A DNA stretch of 64,000 nucleotides from an uncultured virus (IMG/VR IMGVR_UViG_3300037047_000119) (Duplodnaviria; Heunggongvirae; Uroviricota; Caudoviricetes): IMG/VR virus record IMGVR_UViG_3300037047_000119, one strand, 5' to 3'. This document shows positions 1-9,092 of this stretch, piece by piece. The stretch's first letter is position 1; each line of letters starts with the position of its first letter. Under the pieces are notes generated by a model that did no database searches, had not been told where the DNA came from, and saw only the letters and a program-made list of their open reading frames with translations. Both the position numbers and the translations under genes were made by a program.

Positions 1-3000
1 CAACTGGACTCCAGGAAAACCCCCCCCTCGGAGCCAGAATTGAATTGTGTGGCCTGAGGGAGAGGACAACTCAAAAAGATATCCCGCAGCGGTCGAGGAA
101 ACTTGCACCTCACCAATTCGATCCCCCGAGTCCCCACAAACAACACCAGTAGTGTCCACATACTGCAAATACCGGGAAAAACCTCCTGGGGGGGTTGACA
201 TAACAAAATCGGTTCCATTCGGGGATCCTTCAAAACCCTCATCTCCCAGATAGTCCCATCCTGTTACAAGGGGCGACAGTATCCCGGGGGAGCTACAACC
301 GGGGAGAGATAAAATCTGACGGTATGGAGAACCTCCCTCCCAGTACAACAGAGTGGAGAGTAACACGTCATGCTGACCATCAAGTATTCGGATCTGCCCG
401 TCTCCAGAACCTCCCAGTCCGGAGTCCACCCGGAAAGACGTTCTGAGATCCACATATGCATCCGGTTTGAGGAAAGGTTCAATTCTCCCATACCCTAACT
501 GGAGATCCGCGTTGGAACTTCCGGTGGTCGATTTCAGGAGAAGAGAACCTCCAACAATTTTGGTGTTTCCAAAGTCCCCAGTTCGGAACCAGTCAGCCGG
601 ATCCGCCACTTCCGGAACCACGGACATGTCCGTTACTACAGTATGAGCATAACCCCGAAGTTCCGTTTGATCCGGTATGACTCCGTAACGAAGGAAAGAC
701 CAAACAGAAGAGGACGTAGCCTCCGGGGAAATCGACCCCCAGAACACTTGCCCCCGAAGATCCGTCCTCAGTAACAGTGACATTTCCGCGGGTTGGGGGG
801 GAAGAGTATTAATTCCATCAAAGGACCCAACTCTTCCCGAAACAGAACTGGAAAGGTCCAACACAGCGGCATGTGCCACCGGGTCAATGGTCAGTCGGTA
901 GGAAACAGGTTTATCCCATGTAGTCTCTAACCAGACTGTAAAATACTTGTTCCCGTACAGACGACAATCCGCGGGAAATGGAGGCGTTACGGAAACATCT
1001 GTAAATCCATCATTCCGACGATAAATCCCTGTCACGGTGTAGAACCCGGCTTGAGATCCGGAGGCAATCTGAAATCTGGAGCCCTCTAAAAACCCGATGG
1101 GCACACTGATGGAAGGGGCACGAAAAGACATTCCGTCCGTGATCGAGATCTCAATTTTGGGTCCGATTTCCCATCCCTCAGCAAGGTGTCTTTTGGATGG
1201 ATCCCGCAAAAGTCCGACATGTTTCATCGGGGGGACACCAGATGTAGATGCCTCTATCCGCAAAAGTCCAAAAGCATAAAGTCGGTGGTTGTCATGTACA
1301 CCAGCGGTGAGACCCGTAAACACCCCAAAAGGTGTTGTGGATGTTGCATGAAGTCTCCCCACTAGAGAAACGGTGGCGGGGAAAGTTAAGTCAAGTTCTT
1401 TCCAGTACAAAGATGTTTTAGGGTCGTCGAGTGAAAAGGATCCGCCTCGGTCATCTACAACTGTGTATGTACCATCGCCGTTCAACCCCCCCGCGTCGGA
1501 ACCCAACAATACCCATTCTGGACTGGGATCAACAATCCCTTCGTAGGCAACGGAAAGTCCTGACGTCGGAAACTGAAAAGGAGGAGCCTGACTAACATTG
1601 GGACTCTGGTTAAGCATCAATGTAGTAGGACTGTTCAGCAGTGCGGAATACCGTTTCTCGAATCCGAGATAGCGATGACTGATCAGAAGTGGTTCCGGTG
1701 GATCTGTCGGACCAAGCACCACCCCCAAGGGGAAACGGGAAATGTCCGGCGCACCTTTAGGATGTGTTGCATCCTGTACCTGCTCCCCATGAGCAGATGA
1801 TTCATGCTGCCCTGTTGCCCGGTCCCATTTGTTGAGAGACGCCCCTTCTGTATTCAAACCGGCCAGCGGAAAAATGGGTGTTGCCATCCAAGAGTAGTCA
1901 ACAGAAACCATCCCCATTCCCGGATCGAACAAAGGGATCGGGTTCACCAACCAAATTTTACCAGTGTATGGATTAACGTCCAACACATCGACGTACAAAC
2001 CATCCACGAGCACTGCGACATCCTGTTTTGTTGCTGGAGTCATGTCACCCCAGCTTTTAACAAGAGGCCCTCTGGATGTCTGCAGCCAATCCCGAGAAAC
2101 CATCGTCCCATTTGAGTAAAACTGTTCTGAAACGTTCTCCGCTGATACAAAATGGGGCGTCTGTACTCCTAGACGATCAACCTCAACTTCATAGGTCTGA
2201 CCCGTTGCACTATGCCCCATACGGCGCCGAAGCCGTAAAATGCTGGGGGCTATCCGCACGGCATGAACAGGTGGGGCAATCAAGGTAGAACCGGCGGGAC
2301 CGCCGCCCGCCCCCAAAAGTGTTTTGATCCGGTAAGAGCCTGCATTCGGCCCTGTTAGGAAAGTGAGTACCTCCCCTTCTTGAATCGTATGCCATAGGGT
2401 CTGGGAGGAGTCCTCTACCACATCCCCGGAAACCGATGCGTACCCTGTAAGTCCCGTGGGAGAAGTCTGGTACTGGCGTACCACGGCATCATCCCGGACG
2501 AAAGCCTGGACGGAGGTCACCCGGAAACGACCAACATATTTTTCGTCCGATGAAGCTGTAGTTCCTTCCTGTCCCCCAGCATGAATCGAATTTGGTCCTG
2601 TTAGGATCGCCAGAAGAGCACCCGGTCGGATGGATGAGAAGTCCCTGGTGTGGTCACTGAACAGACTTCTATCCGACCATGTGATTCCCGCGTCCCCGGC
2701 CACCCTCTTGGAGCCCAGCCAGTATCGTCGGAAATCCTCGTAGTAGTAAGTGTCGAGTTGATAGGAGTAACTATCACTGAACACGTCACCGAAAGCATCT
2801 TTGAACAGGAACCGGCAGTCGTACAGCGCATGGGCCGGTTTTAGCGCCCGCAACACCAGTTGTAAGTTGCGCACAAAGGTGAAAGGGTCCTCAGGAAACT
2901 TGTACAGGGGAATCGTCACATCCCCCACTGTGATAGACCCGTTCTCCTGAGTGATGTTGATCTCGAAGGTGAACTCGTCCTCGGGACCCCACGCGGACAA

Positions 3001-3504
3001 CCCTTTGAGCTTGCGTGCCTCGACGCCCCGCTCGATGACCTCGACCGTTGCAGATGTGAGAAGTTCAGCGCCAGCCTTCTGCACCGAAACCGTTGATCCC
3101 AGAAGCAAAAGCCCCACCATTCGCTGGAGGAATGTCCGGTACGACAAATCCCCCTCAATCTCCGGGTAACCATAGGAGCGAGCATCCGGGAAAATCAGAT
3201 CCCCTAGGATCTGGTAGAGCACCTCGGGGCGTGTGTAGTCATAAAAAGAATCCGCGAAAGCTTCCTGTGCTGTAATCTGGAAATCAGCCAACCGTTCAGC
3301 CATCATCTGGAACTGGCTGATGTACATGGGACCTTTGGTTTGGCTGACGTAGGTGCTGGGTACCAGTTGCCGAAAAACCCCGAGCACCCGCTCTACCTGA
3401 TCCTGGATCTTGCGCTTACGGTCCTGGCTGTCTTTCTCCCATGGAGACGGATTCTGCTCCAACAGTCCAGGCAGAAGTACTTTGTCCTGAGGTTTGTCGG
3501 CCAC
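1..3504 (-). CDS. Baseplate wedge protein, P2 gpI-like N-terminal domain plus long beta-rich extension (>1168 aa, truncated by left window edge)
   Basis: Not in the ORF track because no stop is reached. GTG at 3504 lies just after the TAA of the gpJ-like gene. Manual translation gives MADKPQDKVLLPG...SYRTFLQRMVGLLLLGST...NLQLVLRALKPAHALY; the KPAH motif is typical of the gpI/Mu gp48 family. Spot-checked lines down to position 1 are open in this frame. Confidence 0.8.
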   Translation of the reverse strand, partial: MADKPQDKVLLPGLLEQNPSPWEKDSQDRKRKIQDQVERVLGVFRQLVPSTYVSQTKGPMYISQFQMMAERLADFQITAQEAFADSFYDYTRPEVLYQILGDLIFPDARSYGYPEIEGDLSYRTFLQRMVGLLLLGSTVSVQKAGAELLTSATVEVIERGVEARKLKGLSAWGPEDEFTFEINITQENGSITVGDVTIPLYKFPEDPFTFVRNLQLVLRALKPAHALYDCRFLFKDAFGDVFSDSYSYQLDTYYYEDFRRYWLGSKRVAGDAGITWSDRSLFSDHTRDFSSIRPGALLAILTGPNSIHAGGQEGTTASSDEKYVGRFRVTSVQAFVRDDAVVRQYQTSPTGLTGYASVSGDVVEDSSQTLWHTIQEGEVLTFLTGPNAGSYRIKTLLGAGGGPAGSTLIAPPVHAVRIAPSILRLRRRMGHSATGQTYEVEVDRLGVQTPHFVSAENVSEQFYSNGTMVSRDWLQTSRGPLVKSWGDMTPATKQDVAVLVDGLYVDVLDVNPYTGKIWLVNPIPLFDPGMGMVSVDYSWMATPIFPLAGLNTEGASLNKWDRATGQHESSAHGEQVQDATHPKGAPDISRFPLGVVLGPTDPPEPLLISHRYLGFEKRYSALLNSPTTLMLNQSPNVSQAPPFQFPTSGLSVAYEGIVDPSPEWVLLGSDAGGLNGDGTYTVVDDRGGSFSLDDPKTSLYWKELDLTFPATVSLVGRLHATSTTPFGVFTGLTAGVHDNHRLYAFGLLRIEASTSGVPPMKHVGLLRDPSKRHLAEGWEIGPKIEISITDGMSFRAPSISVPIGFLEGSRFQIASGSQAGFYTVTGIYRRNDGFTDVSVTPPFPADCRLYGNKYFTVWLETTWDKPVSYRLTIDPVAHAAVLDLSSSVSGRVGSFDGINTLPPQPAEMSLLLRTDLRGQVFWGSISPEATSSSVWSFLRYGVIPDQTELRGYAHTVVTDMSVVPEVADPADWFRTGDFGNTKIVGGSLLLKSTTGSSNADLQLGYGRIEPFLKPDAYVDLRTSFRVDSGLGGSGDGQIRILDGQHDVLLSTLLYWEGGSPYRQILSLPGCSSPGILSPLVTGWDYLGDEGFEGSPNGTDFVMSTPPGGFSRYLQYVDTTGVVCGDSGDRIGEVQVSSTAAGYLFELSSPSGHTIQFWLRGGGFPGVQL

Positions 3505-3506
3505 GG

Positions 3507-6500
3507 TTACCCCCTTCTACCTGAGACCAGCGCCGTAAAATCTACGTCTGCATCGTAAACGAACTCCAGGTCTCCCAGAACGAGATACTCGGTGGGTCCG
3601 GGCGAAATGTTCTTTGTCCCGGTATCGTTGCTGACGATGTACGTCACGGTAACCCGGCCATCCGAGGGCGTCACTCTTTCGGGCAAAGCCAACAGCACCC
3701 GCCGGGCAGTCTCCCCTGTGTAACCTGGGATGCTCATCCCATTGTTGCCGATGATACATGCTGAATGGGCAACACCCTTAAGGGGTGCTCCATCGGCATT
3801 CGGGATAACTGGGTACAGAGTTTGGGGGATGTCATTGAAAAAGACCCCCCGAAAATCGTTATAGTCCCCACCCCCGTTTTCGGTTCCGCTTACAAGGGGG
3901 TTCTTTAGCAGGTAGATCGTTACCGCGTCCGTGTGCCATGGGTGCAACGGATCCGAGGAAAGAGCCACCCAGTCGGTACCGATCTCGGTTGTGACAGTCT
4001 CTTCCCTGACAACAATCGCCCCGTCCTGTCGTGCCATCTTGGTCAGCGGAATCACGGCATAGGAAACGCCAGGGACGGACTCGAGAGCGTCGATCACGTC
4101 ACCCTGACGCAAGGGCTGCCCCAGGGACAAGGCGCCAAACACACGCCCCAAAGTCGTTCGAATCAAACCTTCAACTGTAGACTCGACGGCGTTCTTTTGT
4201 AACACTATGGTCCCGGTAAGGTTCACCCCCACAGGGATGGCTTCTTTTGCGACCACATTCGCCGTGGCATGCCTTGTGAGATCCACGGTGTTCTGAACGG
4301 ACTGCACGATGGAATTGGTGGTATAGGTGACCACATAGTTCTCGTCGTGTTGATAGTCTACCAGTACTCGCATACCTTCGAGCAACCGGCCACCAGACAC
4401 CGGAACAAAAGCTAAAGGGCGTTCCCCGACCTCATCTGTAAAAGTGAAATCCTTCGGTGTGGATGGATGGAAAGGTCCGTAGTACTCGATCGTGCGGTCA
4501 TAGTTGTAAACATGGAGAGTATACTTGTTGGCCCCGAGATTGTTGAGGTACTCAGGACCTGTGAGCAAAATGTGCTCCTCCCCCGTTACCACCTGGGGAT
4601 ATCCGGTGGGGATATTCTCCGGAGTGGAACCATCGGTAGGCTCCACCACCTGAAAATAATCTCCCGCCTCGGTAGAACGTCCCAGCACCAGAGGATCGCT
4701 GGGGTGAAACAGTTTATAGGCGGAGGGGGAAACGATCTCTTGGGTGACCCCGTCATCGAGAACTCGATAGAACGATTTAATCTCGGTAACGGGCTGCCTC
4801 GTGAACACATGCTTGTTGCTTGTGCGGTACCTGTACGACCCGCGGAAAACATCGGTCAAACGAAGCAGTTCGGGATCGTTGTGCGTGGTAGACAACTGGA
4901 TCCCGTCCGGAGGAACGACTGTCACGTCCTGTAGGCTCAGAACATGGGTGACCCCATCTCCAGACGCTGTGAACTCGTACCCCCATGCCGCATTGTCTAG
5001 CATCTCGATGAGAGGATTCTCGTCCGAGACATTTGCATTCACCACCCGGAACTTCAGGTCCTCGATAGCCCCCACTGGTTCAAACTGACCATTGATGACC
5101 GACTCGAAACTGAAAGCGAAAGTGTCCGAGATGGTTGCTAGACTTTGACCCCTCACCCAAACGTCTACTTTGCCCCCCAGATGTCGGCCAGTGCTTTCAT
5201 CCAGATCCCTCATCATCAGAATGTGCCCAGCATCGACTACATTGACCTGTTGCACACCCGAGATCTTCGCCCGATCTGTGTACCCTCGGTAAGTGCCAGA
5301 ATCGACTCCAGCCAGAACCCCGTCCGCTCGGATGGCCAACTCGTAGTTGGACTCTGCGTTCCGACCCCCGTAAGTATCTCCCGGGTTCGTGACCTGAACA
5401 CCAGCAATCCCGTTGACTATTTGCCGGATCTGATCTCGGGTGACAACTCCAGCCGATCCCAGGTCGAGTGCCTCAATGTAAGCTCGGGCCGACCAACGTC
5501 CTGTGGTCGGATCGTAAGACGTTCCCGTCCCGGATGGGGTGATCCTGGCGGCGGATGTCGTACGAAACCGGGTCCCTCCTGAGGACAAAATCGTGCCAAT
5601 GGGAATGTAGATCACGGACGAGGGACGCTGAGTCACATAGAAAACGACCTCACCCCGTGCCCGGAAACCACCATTCCGTCGAACACCCCGACGACTGGCC
5701 AAATGGTCGAAGGCATTGTCGATCAGATTCTGAACGGACTGATTGTCCTGGAGGAAAAATGCCTGCTTGAGTGCCAGCTTATAAGGGGACTGCGTCACCG
5801 GAACGGAGATCTTAGACCCCGTCGGGTCATCAATCGCCAGCAGCGTAGTGAAACTTTGAGCATCCTGGAAGAATCCGATGATGAAACGGATTCTCTCTGC
5901 CTCCGTGGCAAATGGGTCGATGACGGTATCCCGGAGATACGACCCCGGCTTCACATCGACCTCTGGGTGCGTTCTGTAAATGGTGAGCGTCGAGTCCCGG
6001 ACAATCTGCTGTCGGGAAACAACCGGCAGATTGGACACCGCGGGTGTCACGATCAACGGGGAAGTAGCCACTTCTTGGGACAGTGCAGACTCGTACTCCA
6101 CTCCGTCGATGAAATAAATTGCCGTGGCAGCGTAGTACAGGGGATCTGTGTCAGGGATAGCTGTGAATTCCCCGTAAGGAATCGCGGGGTTCACACTCGA
6201 TGTGGGCAGTGACTTTCGATCATGCACAAAGAAATAACGTCGATCAACCGTCACTGCTTCAATCGTGGTGGTAGTCCGAAACCGTTGGACGGTGTCGTCA
6301 ATCTGAAGGATCTCGTTGAAATCCTGCTGGACTTCTTCCCCGCTCTGATCCGTCTGTGCTCCAAGTACCCGGAAAAACAAAGGGTCAACCACAGGAGAGC
6401 CGTCCGGTGTCGTAACAACCGTTGAGTCCACGGTCAGAGTTCCGATCTGACTTAGCTGCTCCTCGGTGGTGTAGGAGATAGCAGGCTGAAGGTTGATCCT

Positions 6501-6983
6501 CTTGTATCCGGAAACACCTCCTCCCGGAGATATCGAGGCGTAAAAGTTGTACCCCGTGACGTTCGCGTCATCACTGCCTACCACGTAAAGCCGAACCGTC
6601 TGGTCCAACCGTTCCGCGTATAGCCCGGTAGGAGGAACAACAGTCGCCTTGACATCTCGATCCCGAGAAAGGTTGGCCTCGACGATTCCGACTGCAGTCG
6701 ACTCCCCATTGGTCAGAATCGACTTGACCTCGATCCGGTTACTCCCCTGGAGCAGTTGCAGTCCGTCCGGGAAAGCAGAGGGGTTCGGAATCAGGAACGT
6801 GGTCCCCTCAAAAAGGATGTAGTCGGGGTCAGATGTAAACCCGCCGCCCCGAATGGACACTTGCATGTCCACGGTATCGGCACTCATCTGACCTTCGAAG
6901 AATCGGTAAACCCGGTCGGTAGAGAAAACAAGAGACTCCCGATAGATCCCATCGGGTCCCCGGAATTTCGGAGTGGAAGCCAT
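3507..6983 (-). CDS. Baseplate J-like (T4 gp6-type) wedge protein with N-terminal Ig/FN3-like additions, 1158 aa
   Basis: DVKPGSYLRD...IDP, FDHLASRRGVRR...ARGEVVF, GGRNAESN, SGTYRGY, G.VDVWV and LGQPLRQGDVIDALESVPGVSY are gpJ-family motifs. It lies between the gp25-like and gpI-like genes. Confidence 0.85.
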   Translation of the reverse strand: MASTPKFRGPDGIYRESLVFSTDRVYRFFEGQMSADTVDMQVSIRGGGFTSDPDYILFEGTTFLIPNPSAFPDGLQLLQGSNRIEVKSILTNGESTAVGIVEANLSRDRDVKATVVPPTGLYAERLDQTVRLYVVGSDDANVTGYNFYASISPGGGVSGYKRINLQPAISYTTEEQLSQIGTLTVDSTVVTTPDGSPVVDPLFFRVLGAQTDQSGEEVQQDFNEILQIDDTVQRFRTTTTIEAVTVDRRYFFVHDRKSLPTSSVNPAIPYGEFTAIPDTDPLYYAATAIYFIDGVEYESALSQEVATSPLIVTPAVSNLPVVSRQQIVRDSTLTIYRTHPEVDVKPGSYLRDTVIDPFATEAERIRFIIGFFQDAQSFTTLLAIDDPTGSKISVPVTQSPYKLALKQAFFLQDNQSVQNLIDNAFDHLASRRGVRRNGGFRARGEVVFYVTQRPSSVIYIPIGTILSSGGTRFRTTSAARITPSGTGTSYDPTTGRWSARAYIEALDLGSAGVVTRDQIRQIVNGIAGVQVTNPGDTYGGRNAESNYELAIRADGVLAGVDSGTYRGYTDRAKISGVQQVNVVDAGHILMMRDLDESTGRHLGGKVDVWVRGQSLATISDTFAFSFESVINGQFEPVGAIEDLKFRVVNANVSDENPLIEMLDNAAWGYEFTASGDGVTHVLSLQDVTVVPPDGIQLSTTHNDPELLRLTDVFRGSYRYRTSNKHVFTRQPVTEIKSFYRVLDDGVTQEIVSPSAYKLFHPSDPLVLGRSTEAGDYFQVVEPTDGSTPENIPTGYPQVVTGEEHILLTGPEYLNNLGANKYTLHVYNYDRTIEYYGPFHPSTPKDFTFTDEVGERPLAFVPVSGGRLLEGMRVLVDYQHDENYVVTYTTNSIVQSVQNTVDLTRHATANVVAKEAIPVGVNLTGTIVLQKNAVESTVEGLIRTTLGRVFGALSLGQPLRQGDVIDALESVPGVSYAVIPLTKMARQDGAIVVREETVTTEIGTDWVALSSDPLHPWHTDAVTIYLLKNPLVSGTENGGGDYNDFRGVFFNDIPQTLYPVIPNADGAPLKGVAHSACIIGNNGMSIPGYTGETARRVLLALPERVTPSDGRVTVTYIVSNDTGTKNISPGPTEYLVLGDLEFVYDADVDFTALVSGRRG

Positions 6984-8147
6984 TTACATACCCCCTGAGG
7001 ACTGGAGGAAAGCGCGAGTCTGCTCTGCGGTCAGTCCGGCAGCCTCATTCCCCAACACCAATCCGTTGGATCCCAGCAGTGCCACCACAGAGGGCGCGGC
7101 ATAGATAGTGCTTAACGTGATCGGTTCTGAGGAGGCATTACGTACCGTGACCTCCAGATAGTACATGGTCGGAATCTGAGGGTGCGGGTACACCTGAACG
7201 CCTAGGATCGCATACAGCCGCTCTTTGTACGAGACGTTTTGGAATCTCGACTGCTCTTCCTGCATTTTTTGGAAACGTACCAGAGCCTTACGGACATCCT
7301 CATTGATCAGTGTTGCGACCCCGGAGATAGCCTTTGACCCGATGCGGGCACGAATGTCCGTCCCGTACCATGGGTGATACGGGTTGGAACCGCGGTCTGT
7401 TAGAAGGATTTTCAGAGCCGCCTGATTGAGGAGGTCTTCGTTCTCCACCATCAGACTCTGACCACTAGCATCTACCCGCATGTCATTCTCAGTGCCGGAA
7501 CCCCCACATCGGGGGCATCGACTTGGGGCAGTGGAGTACGTGACCTTGAACAGGGGATTCCCCTGGATGGGCTCCGTGAACACGGGGTACTTCTGACTGT
7601 ACTGATCCAGTTCCGGGGTGTTCAGTACCCAAGACGGGTATAGCTTCGTCCCCTGCGTCCTTCGCTGATACCCGTTTACCCCCGCTTGTCCGAAACCCAA
7701 TAGTGCAGCAGCCGAACCGCTCACCTTAACAAATGAGTCTGGACCCACTGACCCCGGGTCAGCCAAAGTCAGATGCCCCTTGTAGGAGTCGACGTAAGCG
7801 ACAGTGAAGTTGTCCCTGCGAAACATTCGGACAACATCTTCTGCCGTGTACCGGGTGAGCCTTTGGAGGCCGAAATCATAGGTCTGCTGACCTTGGGAGG
7901 TTTGAACGGTGAACTGGTCCTCTCCTGGGATCAGATCAAAGGGACCAGAGGTACTGCTTGCCAGCACCGCGGCGGAAGAGAAACCGCTCTGGGGGATGAA
8001 AAACTCATCGTTCACCAGAATGCGAACGGAAGAGGTTGAGGCTACGGGCTGACGAGTCACCAAAGAGCGACGATCATCCGCCAGTGTGACCACTTCCTCT
8101 ACCGTCAAGTGAGGGCAGTTCCAGGCCAAACGAAAGTCACGGGACAT
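6984..8147 (-). CDS. gp25/gpW-like baseplate wedge subunit with N-terminal extension
   Basis: C-terminal half has LNQAALKILLTDRGSNPYHPWYGT, matching the gp25 pattern L.T..G.R...P.YG. GGAGG SD upstream. Confidence 0.8.
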   Translation of the reverse strand: MSRDFRLAWNCPHLTVEEVVTLADDRRSLVTRQPVASTSSVRILVNDEFFIPQSGFSSAAVLASSTSGPFDLIPGEDQFTVQTSQGQQTYDFGLQRLTRYTAEDVVRMFRRDNFTVAYVDSYKGHLTLADPGSVGPDSFVKVSGSAAALLGFGQAGVNGYQRRTQGTKLYPSWVLNTPELDQYSQKYPVFTEPIQGNPLFKVTYSTAPSRCPRCGGSGTENDMRVDASGQSLMVENEDLLNQAALKILLTDRGSNPYHPWYGTDIRARIGSKAISGVATLINEDVRKALVRFQKMQEEQSRFQNVSYKERLYAILGVQVYPHPQIPTMYYLEVTVRNASSEPITLSTIYAAPSVVALLGSNGLVLGNEAAGLTAEQTRAFLQSSGGM

Positions 8148-8175
8148 CGTAAACCTCCACCCTCATGTGGGTGAG

Positions 8176-8192
8176 GTATAAGGAAGACACCG
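8176..8192 (-). promoter_or_regulatory. Putative phage late promoter (CGGT-N7-TTATAC)
   Basis: Matches the motif seen at five other intergenic sites upstream of minus-strand genes. Confidence 0.55.
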
Positions 8193-8198
8193 GAGGAA

Positions 8199-9083
8199 TT
8201 ACCCCAACATGTCTCGACCAACCTCGGAGGCCGCATCCGGGAAAGTAAACTGTAGGAGGGCAGTCTCAGCGTTTGGTGCCTCGGAGACAAGCCCCCCAGA
8301 GCCATCCATTTGATACAGGATCTGATTCATCTCCTGAACCAAATTCTGAACCTGCATGTCACGGTTGAATCTGCTTTCCTCAAAAGCGGGTAGTCCGATC
8401 AGGGCGCCCCCGAAAGCTTGAACCAGAACATCGTCCCGCTCTTGCACCAGTTGTTCTCGGAGATCGCACTGCTTTAGGATCCGCCACTCCAAATCCTGAA
8501 GTCTCTCCTTGAGGTCCTGGTTTGCCCATGCCCTCATCTGGTGCAGTGTCTTTGCTACTGTGCCGTGATCATAAGCTCCAGGGTCGATACGACCACCTTG
8601 ACGCGCCGGATAGTAGGAGTCGGAACGAAGATAGCCTCCTGGATGTCCCTCGTACCCCGAGTAGTCATCCGAGGGAAGCGGGTCAACAGGGGATGCTGAC
8701 ATGGGGGCAACCACGCCGCCATGCGGGTATTCCTCCTCGATTTTGTCTCTCGTCTCTGTCCCCTTCTGGATGACCCGATTGGTTTCGGGATACATGAAGG
8801 GAGAGATCGCAAGGGGATCCCCACCAGCCGCAACATACGCCCGCAGGAGGCGTCCCAACGTAGAACCCTGGGTCACCGATAGTCCTACGCGTTGTTCCGT
8901 CCTACGCACGTTTCCGTCGCGTTCCTCTTGTGCATACTCGACGCGGATCACTCCGATGCGATCGATCTCCGCATTCAGCACCTCGATCCGCCGAGCCACA
9001 TCCCGGCGATTCCGCAACAGCCATCCGGAGTACGCCCGGAAGTACCCGACTGGCCAAACGCCTAGCTTAGAGAACGTTGCCAT
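8199..9083 (-). CDS. Hypothetical protein, probably virion/baseplate-associated
   Basis: 294-aa ORF tightly packed in the baseplate operon, with helical/coiled-coil segments. Confidence 0.7.
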   Translation of the reverse strand: MATFSKLGVWPVGYFRAYSGWLLRNRRDVARRIEVLNAEIDRIGVIRVEYAQEERDGNVRRTEQRVGLSVTQGSTLGRLLRAYVAAGGDPLAISPFMYPETNRVIQKGTETRDKIEEEYPHGGVVAPMSASPVDPLPSDDYSGYEGHPGGYLRSDSYYPARQGGRIDPGAYDHGTVAKTLHQMRAWANQDLKERLQDLEWRILKQCDLREQLVQERDDVLVQAFGGALIGLPAFEESRFNRDMQVQNLVQEMNQILYQMDGSGGLVSEAPNAETALLQFTFPDAASEVGRDMLG

Positions 9084-9092
9084 GGGAACTCC

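Noticed and set aside
1..3500. Apparent ORF desert suggesting stop-codon recoding or non-coding DNA
   Set aside because: Explained by one minus-strand ORF running off the window. Very long ORFs are intact in the standard code, and TAA, TGA and TAG all serve as stops.
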